Origin: Ginglymostoma cirratum
Lineage: Eukaryota
Direction: 5' to 3'
Length of the DNA stretch: 64,000 bases
Assembly: GCA_024137785.1 (NCBI GenBank)
Contig: JAHRHZ010000139.1
Span: 35,828,196-35,892,195 of the forward strand
Shown here: in pieces, positions 25,990-37,110 of the stretch
How the letters are laid out: every line of letters starts with the position of its first letter
How positions within the stretch are numbered: the first letter of the stretch is position 1
Program-made: the position numbers and the translations under genes
Notes under the pieces: model-generated
What the model saw: only the letters and a program-made list of their open reading frames with translations
What the model was told of the DNA's origin: nothing
Database searches by the model: none

Positions 25990-28255
25990 TGAATTAATTA
26001 ACAAAGATATCAAGGCATGTAATGAACTGCACACGCAAGATGTGGGAGCTTCTGAATGCCACTGTGATTCAGAACGAACACATCTGCAGTTGCAGGAACT
26101 TCTGCTCAGAGTCAATGGGCTGGAGGCCAAGCTACAGGTGCTGCAGGAGGGGGCAGGTTGCCTGGACACCTGGTTCCAGAAGGTGATCATACCCTTTAAT
26201 CTACAGTCATCTGATTTGGCCAGTGCTCAGGAACGGGCGGGCAGTGAAGGCTGGGAGGGGAGGTGTGACTGCAAGTGTGGCAGGAGTACAAGAGCCACAT
26301 TGTTCAACTGGTTTGAAGTCCTTTCAGCTTGCAGTGAGTGCTGCAGGATGAATAAGCTAACTGATCATGACACCATGCTTCAGGAAGCCTTTCAAGCTGA
26401 GGAGCTAACAGGAACAAACTGGTAATCGGGTGCAGAATAGTGAAGGGACTGACATTGTTCTCTGCAGCAAACAGCATTCATCCAAGGGGCTCTGTTGTTT
26501 GCCTAGTGTGTGGGATGTCTGCTCTAAACTGGAGAAGAAATCGCTGAGGAAGTGGACAGGTCCAGTGAACATGTTGCAGGTAGGTACCAATGATACAGAT
26601 AGAACTAGGAAAGAGGTCCTGCTGAGTGTTATCAGAAGTTAGGGTCTGAATTAGAAAGCAGAGCCTCTAAATTAATAATCTCCAGGATTATGATTTGAGC
26701 CACATACAAATTATCATAGGGCAATTAACATTAGAGAAATTGATGCATGGCTCAAAGACTGGTGTGGTAGAAGTGGGATCCAGTTCATAGGGCACTGGCA
26801 CCCGAACTGGGGGAGGTGGGATCTGTACTGTTGTGATGGTCTATACCTGAATGTTCTGAGACTGGTTTTGTGACAAGCTGTATGACTGGGAAAATAGAAA
26901 GGCCTTCAAACTAATCAAGGGGCAAGGGATCAAGCTCCGATTGATGCTGCAAATAAAGAGGTAGAGTCGAGACAGGGAAGCAAAACAATAATGTGGGAAA
27001 TGAAGGTTAGAGAATTTCCGGATGGGACAGAGAAGAAAACCCTAGGAATACACCCAACAGTCAATACTAAGTGTTGCAAAGATAACTGGAAGGCAAAACC
27101 AAACAATCTGTATCTGAATGCACATAGCATGCATAATAAAAGTTTTAAAAAAATGATAGGTACACACCAAAGGAAATAAATGTGATCTAATCACCATTAT
27201 AGGCACAGGGCTGCAGTTGATCAAGATTATGCCCTGAATATTAGCAAGTAAATGACATTCAAGAACAGGAAGCTTCCTCAACTTGGAGGGGTTAGCACTC
27301 TTAATCAACCATGACATTCATGCAATAGTTAGAGATGACCTTGGTTCGAGAGATCAGATGTAGAATCGATTTGAGTGGGTATCGGGAATAGTGGAAAGAA
27401 GTCACTAGAGGGGAGTGATCTACACTATCCTTAACAATGACCACAATGTTGGGCAAAGTAAGCAAGAAGCAACATTGTTTGTGATGAAGGGATGAAAATC
27501 ACCAGGTGACTTTAATTTGAGGAAAACATCACATAAAGAAAAAGCCTTTAATTGTGCAAAGATGAATCAAAAGTCAGATGATTATCCAGAATATAAAGAA
27601 CAAGACACTCTGTGAAAGGTTAATCATGCAAAAAAACAGAGTAAGAGGAAGCCAGAAGTTTAAAATTGGATTTAAAAAAAGAGGTTTTTTGCAGATAGCC
27701 ATAATAGAAAAGAATATAGAGTAACTGTTGGGTGTCTAGAGAGTCAGAATGGGGAGTTAGTCGTAAGAAAGAAATACTGGATGAATTGAACAAATATTTT
27801 GCTTAGAAATAAAGAATGAATATAATCTGTTTATTCAAGGGAGGGAGGCAGAAAACAGGACATTGTAGGGTATTTAGCATGATGTTTGTCACGGAGCAGA
27901 TTTTAAAATTAAATATTTAAGGAGACTATAGTTGAGCACTTTGGAAAAATTCATGATAGTTGAGATTAGTCAACATGGTTTTGAGAAATGAAAATCCTAT
28001 TTAACTGCCTGGATATCTTTGCAGGAGTAAAATGGACTGTACTTGGATTTCCAAAAGGCATTTGACAAGGTGCCACATCAAAGGTTATTGCATGAAGTAA
28101 AAGCACAGACGGTACTCACAGATAGTAAATTGGCTGGCTAACAGAAAACAAATGTTCTGTTTTATAAATGGGTCACATTGACAGGATGTGACAAGTGACG
28201 TCTCATGTAGGTCTACATTGGGGCCTCAAAATTTCACAATTTACGTTAATGTAAT
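25990..28255 (+). mobile_element. Decayed near-full CR1 LINE (ORF1 with leucine zipper + SGNH esterase, ORF2 APE/RT remnants)
   Basis: LQLQELLLRVNGLEAKL, CCLPS, QVGTNDTDR..KEVLL, LYLNAHS (APE start), RT ttccaaaaggcatttgacaaggtgccac. Confidence 0.75.
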
Positions 28256-29040
28256 TTAAATAAATGTGAGGTGTTGCATTTTGGTGAAGTAAACCAGGGC
28301 AGGACTTGTACAGTTAATGGTAGGGCCCTGGGGAGTGTTGCTGAACAAAGAGACTTAGGGGTTCAGGTGCATAGTTCCTGGAAAGTGGAGTTGCAGGTAG
28401 ACAGGGTGGTGAAGAAGGCATTTGGCATGCTTGCCTTCATTGGTCAGTGATATAGGAGTTGGGACATCATGTTGTGGTTGTGCAGGACATTGGTGAGGCC
28501 ACTTTTAAAATACTGCATTTAACGCTGGTCTCCGTGCTATAGGAAAGATGTTGTTGTTAAACTTGAAAGGGTTCAGAAGAGACTTACAAAGATGTTTCTG
28601 GGATTGGAGAGTTTGAGCTATAGGAAGAAGCTAAATAAGCTGGGTTTTTTCCCCCGGAGCATCGGAGGCTGAAGGGTGATCTTATAGGGGTTTATAAAAC
28701 CGAGAGGCATGGAGAGGGTGATTAGCAAGGTCTTTTCCCCTGGGTAGGGGAGTCCAACACTGGAGGGTAAAGGTTTAAAGTGAGATAGGAAAGATTTAAA
28801 TGGGACCTGAGGCGCAACATTCCCTCAGAGGGTAATGCATGTATGGAATGAGCTACCAGAAGAGGTGGTGGAGGTAGGTACGATTACAACACTTAAAGGC
28901 ATCTGGATGTGTATATGAATAAGGAGGATTTAGGCAGATATAGGCAATTCCTGGCAAATGGGACTTGATCAGTTTAGGATATCTGGTTGGTGCAAGAGTT
29001 GGGCCAAAGGGCATGATTCTGTACTGTATAATTCTGACTG
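28256..29040 (+). mobile_element. CR1 (HER1-like) 3' fragment
   Basis: aaatgtgaggtgttgcattttgg...tggaatgagctaccagaagaggtggtggagg...gggccaaagggc tail. Confidence 0.8.
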
Positions 29041-29309
29041 TAATATTCTAGGAAACCAAACTGAAAACCCACCCAACTTCATGAAGATGTAGCACATTAA
29101 TACGCTTATCGCAGTTGGTGTTTAGTATACAGGCATACTAACATTTCTAGTCAATTGTTTTTGACCTTTAAAGGATAATATTATGTTTTCCTACTGCAAA
29201 ATCATAGTATTCAAAATTTACAATGAAGCCTTTTGCCCTATGAGCAATATTTAAGTCTCAATTGTTTAATAACTTCCACTAATATTATTGCACTAATATT
29301 TCTGTAAAT

Positions 29310-29520
29310 CAGAAACAAACCTGGGAAGTACTCAGCAAGGTCAAGCAGCATCTGTGGGCGACAAAACTGTTAATGTTTCGGGTGAATTGTCTTTTGTAAG
29401 AACTAGAAAATATACAATGCGCTTTTAGTTCCTGAACCATCATGTGGTTATAACGAAATGTGATCAACCTAAAGTACAAATTGTTTCTCTCCATTAATGC
29501 TGCCTGAGTTTCTGTGGCTT
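29310..29520. mobile_element. Old, degenerate palindromic PLE-end element
   Basis: Left arm tactcagcaaggtcaagcagcatctgtgg...tgtttcgggt; right arm ...tttctctccattaatgctgcctgagttt. Confidence 0.45.
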
Positions 29521-29633
29521 TTAAAGCTCTTTATAATACTATTCCAGATCTTGGACTGTATTTTTCACTTAAATCATGAAGATGAACACTTTTTTTTAAT
29601 CCTAATGTGAAATTGAAGCAACTTGGATTTGAA

Positions 29634-29770
29634 GTAAAAATCGAAAGAATTGCGGACGCTGGAAATCAGCAACAAAAACAAAAATTGCTGGAAAAGCTCA
29701 GCAGGTCTGGCAGCATCTGTGGACAGAAATCAGAATTAAAGTTTCGGGTCCAATGACCCTTCCTCAGAAC
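29634..29770 (-). mobile_element. PLE family-3 3' terminus with hammerhead motif (about 29738-29767)
   Basis: Minus strand gtt-CUGAGGA-A-GGGUC-auug-GACCC-GAAA-C-UUUA followed by gatgctgccagacctgctgagcttttccagca..., the same architecture as family 1. Confidence 0.7.
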
Positions 29771-29919
29771 TGGATACGAATGAGTTTAGATTCATTTGCC
29801 TATCACCACAATTTAACTGCCTTTTAAGAAGGTGGTACTCTAAAAACACAGGGACAAAATGTCCTTATCTGCACACGTGGAGACAGTTGTAATCAACTCA
29901 GGAATGGCTGCAGGAAATC

Positions 29920-30070
29920 TGCTGGCCTTACCTGATATGACTCGACAGACCCTCAGTGGTAAACACTCAGCTGCCCTCTGAAGTGGTCTAGCAAGTCACT
30001 CAGTTCAAGGGTAGACCACAAAGGCTAGTCTTGCTGGCAACATACACATCCCTTGAAAGACTAAATAAAT
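29920..30070 (+). mobile_element. Deu-type SINE 3' half
   Basis: ctgccctctgaagtggtctagcaagtcactcagtt|caaggg joins LINE 5' sequence (43557-43590) to the LINE 3' tail (46453 onward). Confidence 0.6.
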
Positions 30071-31650
30071 GATATGGGTGAAATCAAACATTTAACAAAA
30101 TGTTTTGTTTCAAAAAAAATCCAGTGAAGACATCTGCTACTGATTATTTGTCAGTTTTATGACAGATGTTCATTTACACATTACAGCCAGTCCCTAATGA
30201 TTCAAAAGTGAGTAGCTTTCTGTATTAGCTAACCATCTGGATTAATGTCTGTGTTTCACGCAATCTATCAAGACTTTCCTACTAGCAGCTATTGGAACTG
30301 ATACTGAATTTGGACTTTGGTAATAAAATCACAAATCAGTTGAAGACTGAGGCCAGATTTTCACATTTAGGACAGGTGATATGAGGTTGTTGGCTTGCTC
30401 GCCGAGCTGGCTGGTTAGCGTGTAGGTGTTTCGTCACCATGCTAGGTGCCATCGGTGCAGCCTCCGATGAAGCAATGTAGTTCTACTCCACTTGGTATTT
30501 ATATAATCCGGTCTGTTTAGTTGGATTGTCATTTCTGGTTCTGTTCTGCATGGGTTTGCATATGGGGTCTGATTCCACATGTTTGTTAAGTCCATTACAG
30601 ATTGAAAACCAGGCCTCTAGGAATTCCTGTGCCTGTCTGTAGTTGGCTTGAGCTCGGCTGGTCAAATTGTCCCAGTTAAATTGATGGCCTGCATTGTCCA
30701 AGTGCACTGAGACGAGGGTAAGTTCATCATATTGTTTTGTTGCTAGCTGGTATGTGTGTAGCCTGATGGCTATTTCCTTCCAGTCTGGCTGATGTAATGT
30801 TTGCTGCAGTCAGTGAAAGGTATCTTGTAAACTACGTTGATCCTGCATGTTGGGTATGGGGTCTTTGGTCCTTGTGAGTGTTTGTCATAGAGCGGCTGTG
30901 GGTTTGTGTGCCTCCATGATTCCTAGTGGTCATAGGAGTGTCGTTGATATAGGGTAGTGTGGCCAGTGTATTGGGCCGTACTGTCTCCCCTTGGCATTGT
31001 CTATCTACTAGGCCATTGCGGATGAAGTCATTGGGATATCGTTGTTAGCAAAGACCTTGTATAGGTGCTCTTCCTCCTTCATGCATAGTTCTGGCATGTT
31101 GCAGTTAGGTGTGGCCCAATGGAATAGTGTCCCAACACAGCTTTGTTTGTAGACATTGCCGTGGAAATTGGGGATTTGGTCAGTGTGGGTTGTCTTCCTA
31201 TATACTGTGGTTTGGAACTCGCCGTTCATCATTCGTTCTACCCCAACGTCTAGAAATAGAAGTTGATTGTTGTCTTCATCATCTTCCGTAAATTTGATCC
31301 TGGTGAAAACATTGTTGATGAGATGGCGTGTATTTTCTAACTTGGCACATTTAATGATGACAAATATGTCGTCCACGTATCAGATCCACAGTTTTGGCTG
31401 TATAAGGGGGAGGGTAGTGCATTCCAGTCTTTGCATGACTGCCTCTGCAATATGTCCTGAGATAGGTTACCCCATAGGTATGCCATTGCTTTGTTTGTAT
31501 ATTTTGCTGCTAAAGATGAAGTGTGTGGTAAGGCATAGATCCAGGAATCAGAGTATGTAGTCCTTGCTGATGGAACTAGTTGGGCTTGGCGGTTCTGCCA
31601 TATGCAGTAATTTGGCAAGTGTATCTCTTAGCTAGCGGTACGCTAGTTTA

Positions 31651-31858
31651 CCAAGCAGCATCATAGGAGCAGGACAACTTGACGTTTCGGGCCTAGACCC
31701 TTCATCAGAAGGGTCCTTCACCAGTTTTTCTGATGAAGGGTCTAGGCCCGAAACATCAAGTTGTCCTGCTCCTATGATGCTGCTTGGCCTGCTGCGTTCA
31801 TCCAGCCCCACGCCTTGTTATCTCGGATTCTCCAGCATCTGCAGTACCTTTTATCTCT
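31651..31858. mobile_element. Palindromic PLE-end element
   Basis: Perfect 14-bp TSD ggtacgctagttta (31637-31650 / 31859-31872). Both arms share the variant ggacaactt/aagttgtcc, not seen in the other copies here. Confidence 0.92.
31681..31708 (-). ncRNA. Minimal type-I hammerhead ribozyme motif, core intact (mirror copy on + at 31730-31757)
   Basis: CUGAUGA-A-GGGUCUAGGCCC-GAAA-CG-UC; uu/aa mini helix I. Confidence 0.62.
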
Positions 31859-32297
31859 GGTACGCTAGTTTAGCTAGTTCAATGGACGTGAATAACGCTG
31901 TGACATCAAAGGATACCTTTGATCTCGTCATTGTTGATTTTTAATGTTCTTAAGGTTGTTACGGAATTCCTGGGTTGAGTGGATGGAGTTGGATGGTCTG
32001 TTGACCGGGTGTTTCAGTCTCTGTTGTAGGTCCTTGGCCAGTTTGTGTGAAGGTGTGCCCAGTAGAGAGACAATGGGTCTGAGGGAGATGTCTGGCTCAA
32101 GTACTTTGGGTAGACCGTAGAAGCAGGGGATGTTCAAGACTTCTGGTTTCATCTTCATGTAGTCTATCTTAGTTTATTTGTCCTGCATTTTTCAGTCTCC
32201 TCAACGTTTAAGTGATCCTGGTTGCTAGCTGCAGTGTTGTCTATCCCCACCTGTTGGTAAGCGTGTGTATCTACAAGCAGTGCCTCTGCTTTCTCAA

Positions 32298-33490
32298 AGA
32301 TAGTAAGAATTGCCGATGCAGGAGTCAGAGATAAGTGTGGAGCTGCATGAACACAGCGGGCCAGGCAGCATCAGAGGAGCAGGAAAGCTGACATTTTGGG
32401 TCGGGAGAAATTTTCTGAAGGGTCCCGACCCGAAACGTCAGCTTTCCTTACCACCCCACCAACCTCCGGATCCAACGCATCATCCTCCGATACTTCCGCC
32501 ATCTGCAATCCGACCCCACCACCAAAGATATTTTTCCCTCCCCACCCTTGTCTGCTTTCCGGAGGGACCACTCTCTCAGTGACTCCCTTGTCCGCTCCAC
32601 ATTCCCCTCCAGTCCCACCACACCCAGCACTTTTCCCTGCAACAGCAGGAAGTGCTACACTTGCCCCTACACCTCCCCCCTCAAACCCATCCCAGGCCCC
32701 AAGAAGACTTTCCACATCAAGCAGATGTTCACCTGCACATCTGCTAATGTGGTATATTGTATCCGCTGTTCCCGTTGTGGCCTCCTCTACATCGGGGAAA
32801 CCAAGCGGAGTCTCAGGGACCGCTTTGCAGAACACCTACGCTCGGTTCGCACTAAACAACTGGACCTCCCAGTTACGAACCATTTCAACTCCCCCTCCCA
32901 TTCTTCAGACGACATGTCCATCCTGGGCCTCCTGCAGTGCCACAACAATGCCACCCGAAGGTTGCAGGAACAGCAACTCACATTCCGCTTGGGAACCCTG
33001 CAGCCCAATGATATCAATGTGGACTTCACAAGCTTCAAAATCTCCCCTCCCCCAACCGCATTCCAAAACCAGCCCAGCTCATCCCCACCTCCCTAACCTG
33101 TCCTTCCCCTCACCTATCCCCTCCACTCACCTCAAGCCCCACCCCCATCTCCTACCTACTAACCTCATCCTGCCCCCTTGACCTGTCCGTCCTCCCTGGA
33201 CTGACCTATCTCCTCCCTACCTCCCCACCTACACTCACCTTTACTGGTTCCATCCCCGCCTCTTTGACCTATCTTCTCCTCTATCCATCTTCTATCCGCC
33301 TCCCCAGCCCCCCCCTTATTTATTTCAGAACCCCCTTCCCCTCCCCCATTTCTGAAGAAGGGTCTAGGCCCAAAACATCAGCCTTCCTGCTCCTCTGATG
33401 CTGCTTGGCCTGCTGTGTTCATCCAGCTCTACACTTTGTTATCTCTCCTCTGATGCCTGCTGTGTCCCTCCAGCTCCACACTGTTATCTC
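32298..33490. mobile_element. Palindromic PLE-end element whose right arm is split by a family-1 PLE fragment
   Basis: TSD ctctgctttctcaa (32284-32297 / 33488-33501). Confidence 0.8.
32449..33445 (+). mobile_element. PLE family-1 3' fragment (Cys linker + GIY-YIG + 3' terminus)
   Basis: ORF 32548-33096 has CNSRKCYTC and VVYCIRCSRCGLLYIGETKRSLRDRFAEH. Near-identical to about 4415-5430 in the opposite orientation. Confidence 0.92.
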
Positions 33491-34046
33491 TGCTTTCTCA
33501 ATGTAGTCTGGTTTATTCATAATGACAGCCATGCGCCCTTTGTCTGCTGGTAGGATTATGAAGTTCCTGTCTTGAGTCCTTCGAGTGCTTTTCTCTCTGA
33601 ATTGAGGGTTTCCCATTTATTCCTCTGGTTCAGTGTAGGGATTATAGTTTGTCAGATGGCTTGTTGTGATTTGTCCGAGTTCATTACCTATTAGTGTAGC
33701 TTCCAGAGCGGCCATGAAGTCTGTTCTGTTTGTGTCTCCGTGGTTATAGTTTAGTCCACGTATTAGGACAGCTTTCTGTTTCTGTAAGTGGCCTACGGGA
33801 TAGGCTTCTTATCCCTGATTCTGGTTTGTTGTTGTCCTCGTCTTTAGGTTCTCCTATAGCATGTGTTTCTTCTTTGTTCTGGTCCTGTGTTGCTTGCTGG
33901 TGATGGCCAGTTCCAGGATTGTAGTCCATTAGTGGTCAGTAGTGTTTTGGTACAATGATTTTTGGCATGAAGTTTCTCATTCATACTTGTAGAGCCAATT
34001 ATGGGCATTGTTGATCATTACCCGTAGCATTCTCCAGCCAGTTTGT

Positions 34047-34350
34047 TCAAATTCGAGAGACGAGGAAGAAAACAAGCCTCTTCCGTTTCTAGACCTCAGG
34101 GCAGAACATATGACCAACAGGGAGTTCCAAACCACAGAATATAGGAAGGCAACCCACACCTGACCAAATCCTCAATTTCCACCGCAATCAACCCAATGCC
34201 CACAAACAAAGTTGTGTCAGGGCACTATTCAAATTGGACCACAACTCACTGCAACATGCCAGGAAGGAGGAAGGGCACCTACACAAGGTCTTTGCTAACA
34301 ATGGATATCCCAACAACTTCATCCGCAAGTGCCTATTAGATAGCAATAAA
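34047..34350 (+). mobile_element. PLE family-2 RT-thumb fragment, inverted relative to the adjacent copy
   Basis: Reverse-complement match to about 31010-31290 (DEEENKPLPFLDL...EFQTTEYRKATHT). Confidence 0.75.
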
Positions 34351-37110
34351 AGGTGAGACCTGTTGGTTAGAAGACACTTCTGCATTTTCCTGGACATCAA
34401 CATGGTTCTAGTCATGGTTTTTAAGCCGTTCAACTTTTACCTCTCCACCATATGTACCCCATTTTTCCTACAACCCGCATTATTCCTCACTTTTCCCATG
34501 CCTTCTCCATAGCATTTCATCTATCCCATACCTTCGTTATGCCCCCATGTATTATCCATGCTCTTTATGCATCATCTATGCTCACCTAGGTACAGAATAA
34601 TGACACTGGCAGCTCTTTAAAATACACACTAAATAAAAAATAAATCAGGCATTCAACGTTCCTTTGGAGAGAACTTATCCTTTGCAACCTCTTAAAACTG
34701 TTAATCAAACACGGCAAATGAAAATCCCATTGAAGAAGCCTTTCATCTGGTCCAAATAAACTCACAGACATTGCAAAAGACCACTGTGAAAACAGCTGTT
34801 TAACCATTAGTTCAGCCTGCCCATGTTCGACAGAGACGCTGTATTATGAATGCTAAGAATGATTGAATCAGTCAGTCTTTTGTGGGACTGACTACACAGT
34901 TGTAACGGAAACTGCAAACTTTGATTGATAGTTTTATTTCGTTGGAAAAGTTTGATCTTTCCTTCCAGCTCTGGACTCAAGAGTCAACCGTGTTGCTGTG
35001 GATATCAATAGTTTTCTAAAAAAGCCTCGTCAGCCATTCAGTTCAGGAGCAATTAGGGGTCAGTAACTAGGGCCGACCTGGCCAGTGACTCCCACATTCT
35101 ATCTAAAAGAAAGAAATAAAGATAGGGTCTGGTTTTAATTCTGTGTCAATGGATGGGTTTTGAATTATTTAAAATCTTGATACAATCAAAAGTGACAAGT
35201 GACTTTTAGTGAAATTTGGTGTCCGTTAACTCTCTGGGTTTTACTTTCCGAGCATCAACAAAAAAAAACCTACAAATTTTGAACATAGAACATAGAACAG
35301 TACAGCACAGTACAGGCCTTTTGGCCCACGATGCCGTGCTGACCTATGGTCCTACTAAGATCAAACTACCCTGTATACCCTACATTTTAATAGAACATTA
35401 ACTCAGTGATATTTCTCACAATAATAAACTTTTCAGCATTTCTTGTATTTGTTTATGATACAAAAGCAAATTGTAAAGCACTTGCATCAATTCATCATTT
35501 GTCTGAAATAGAAAGCTTTGAAAATTCCATCTTTGTTTCTTTCAAAGAATTTTGGAAAAAGGCGAGGGAACAGCCAACTCCTTACAGCATGAGGACCCAC
35601 CAAGATTCCCACACACTCCAGTTGATGCAAACATTACACGCAGGGGCATTCTAAAAAAGACCCATTCACAATGCAATAATATGATAGCATACTAAGACTT
35701 TCAATTACAATCTATAATGTAAGCATTCGAAACAGATGGACAAAACAATGGATAAAATTCATTTAACACATATTGACAAAATTGTTTAAGTGCTGAACTT
35801 TATTTTATTCAATTGTCTGATCATTGAAACTTAGTTGGGACAACATCCAAATCATTAGAAATTTTTGACACAAAAATAAAAGCTGTACAATTCTCAAATG
35901 ATGAGATTGCCCACAAATTGCTTTTTAAAAAAAACATTAGTAATGTCTGCAGCTGCCTGCCTTACTGCTGAAGGGTAAGCTATGAGTTAAATCTTCCACT
36001 TGACCTTAATTGTTGGAAAGTCTTTACTGCTGTTGATAAATTCTGTGTGCACATAGAATACCACGCATGCAATAAATCAGATATCCTGTGTCATGTGGCA
36101 AGGTAAAAAGGACAAGAGATCGCCAGTACCTACGGACAAATTGTATGTGTGTCCGAAAGAGAGGAGACTCTGGGAAGTTACAATTTTCAACCTGCTCCAG
36201 TGAGCCACAATGTTCGAAACACTCAAGCTACATGTTTGCAAATAACAATGGTCAGGTAGGAGTAGAAACAATTCTGATTCTAAAACAAAATTAACTATTT
36301 CTTTCATGGTGAAAGCTACAAGGCAAAAGAGGTGTTTGAGATGGGCTTCTTCTCATGTTTCACTAATGTTTGCACCTTGTGGTTGGCAGTGAATATTAGT
36401 TACAGATTGGTTTAGGTTGTGTGCAATCAGCAGATTAATGGTGCGGATCTGTAAGATAAAGGAAGTGCCTATGTAACTTTACAGCTTGTGTTTGGGGAAT
36501 AGTGTTTTCACTTACTTTGGTCAATATTGCAGGGCATTAAAACTGTGTGGCAGTCTCTAGGGCATCATGATACGTACTTATTGCCTAGGCAACCCAGTTC
36601 CATCATGTTTGCATCACCTTCTTAGGGGTCTTCCTATTCTCAGTTGGCAAGGAGTAATTTTTCTCCATAGCCCTCACTTCCATAGATGCCAAAGAAAGCC
36701 TGGGAGACCGACTACCGCTGAACTCATCCCCTCATGAGGCGACTACTACTTCACAGAATCTGGCTGATTGTACATTTCCAGAGTCCCACGAGTGCATGCT
36801 GCTTTATCCAGCTGCAGCAATTTTAATTAGTTAATTTTCTTCAGTCCCAGTGGTGATAATGTAATGAGCAACTGTTTTACCACTGTAAACCCATCATGAA
36901 TATTTAATGAGAGCCCAGGAAAAAGCAGCAGTTCAGGAACTAGTCCACAAAGGCATTCACTTGAATTACACCCTGCTCCCCCTTTTAATAGAGACATAGA
37001 GATGATGGAAATGATAGCGTGCTGATGAGACTGAGGGTGTTGACAGCCTGATCAGCTCTTGTTTCTTCATGGACCCGATTCCTCAACCTCACTGGGGTTG
37101 GGAGCACAAG

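Larger units (their letters stand above)
30381..34045 (-). mobile_element. Penelope-like retroelement, family 2 (Poseidon-type, no Cys linker seen), decayed, with nested inserts
   Basis: ILPADKGRMAVIMNKPDYIEKA, FYGLPKVLEPDISLRPIVS, DDIFVII...LLFLDV..VYRKTTHTD and GIY-YIG C-terminus HQFNWDN..EFLEAWFS. Decayed hammerhead at 30424-30459. Confidence 0.85.
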
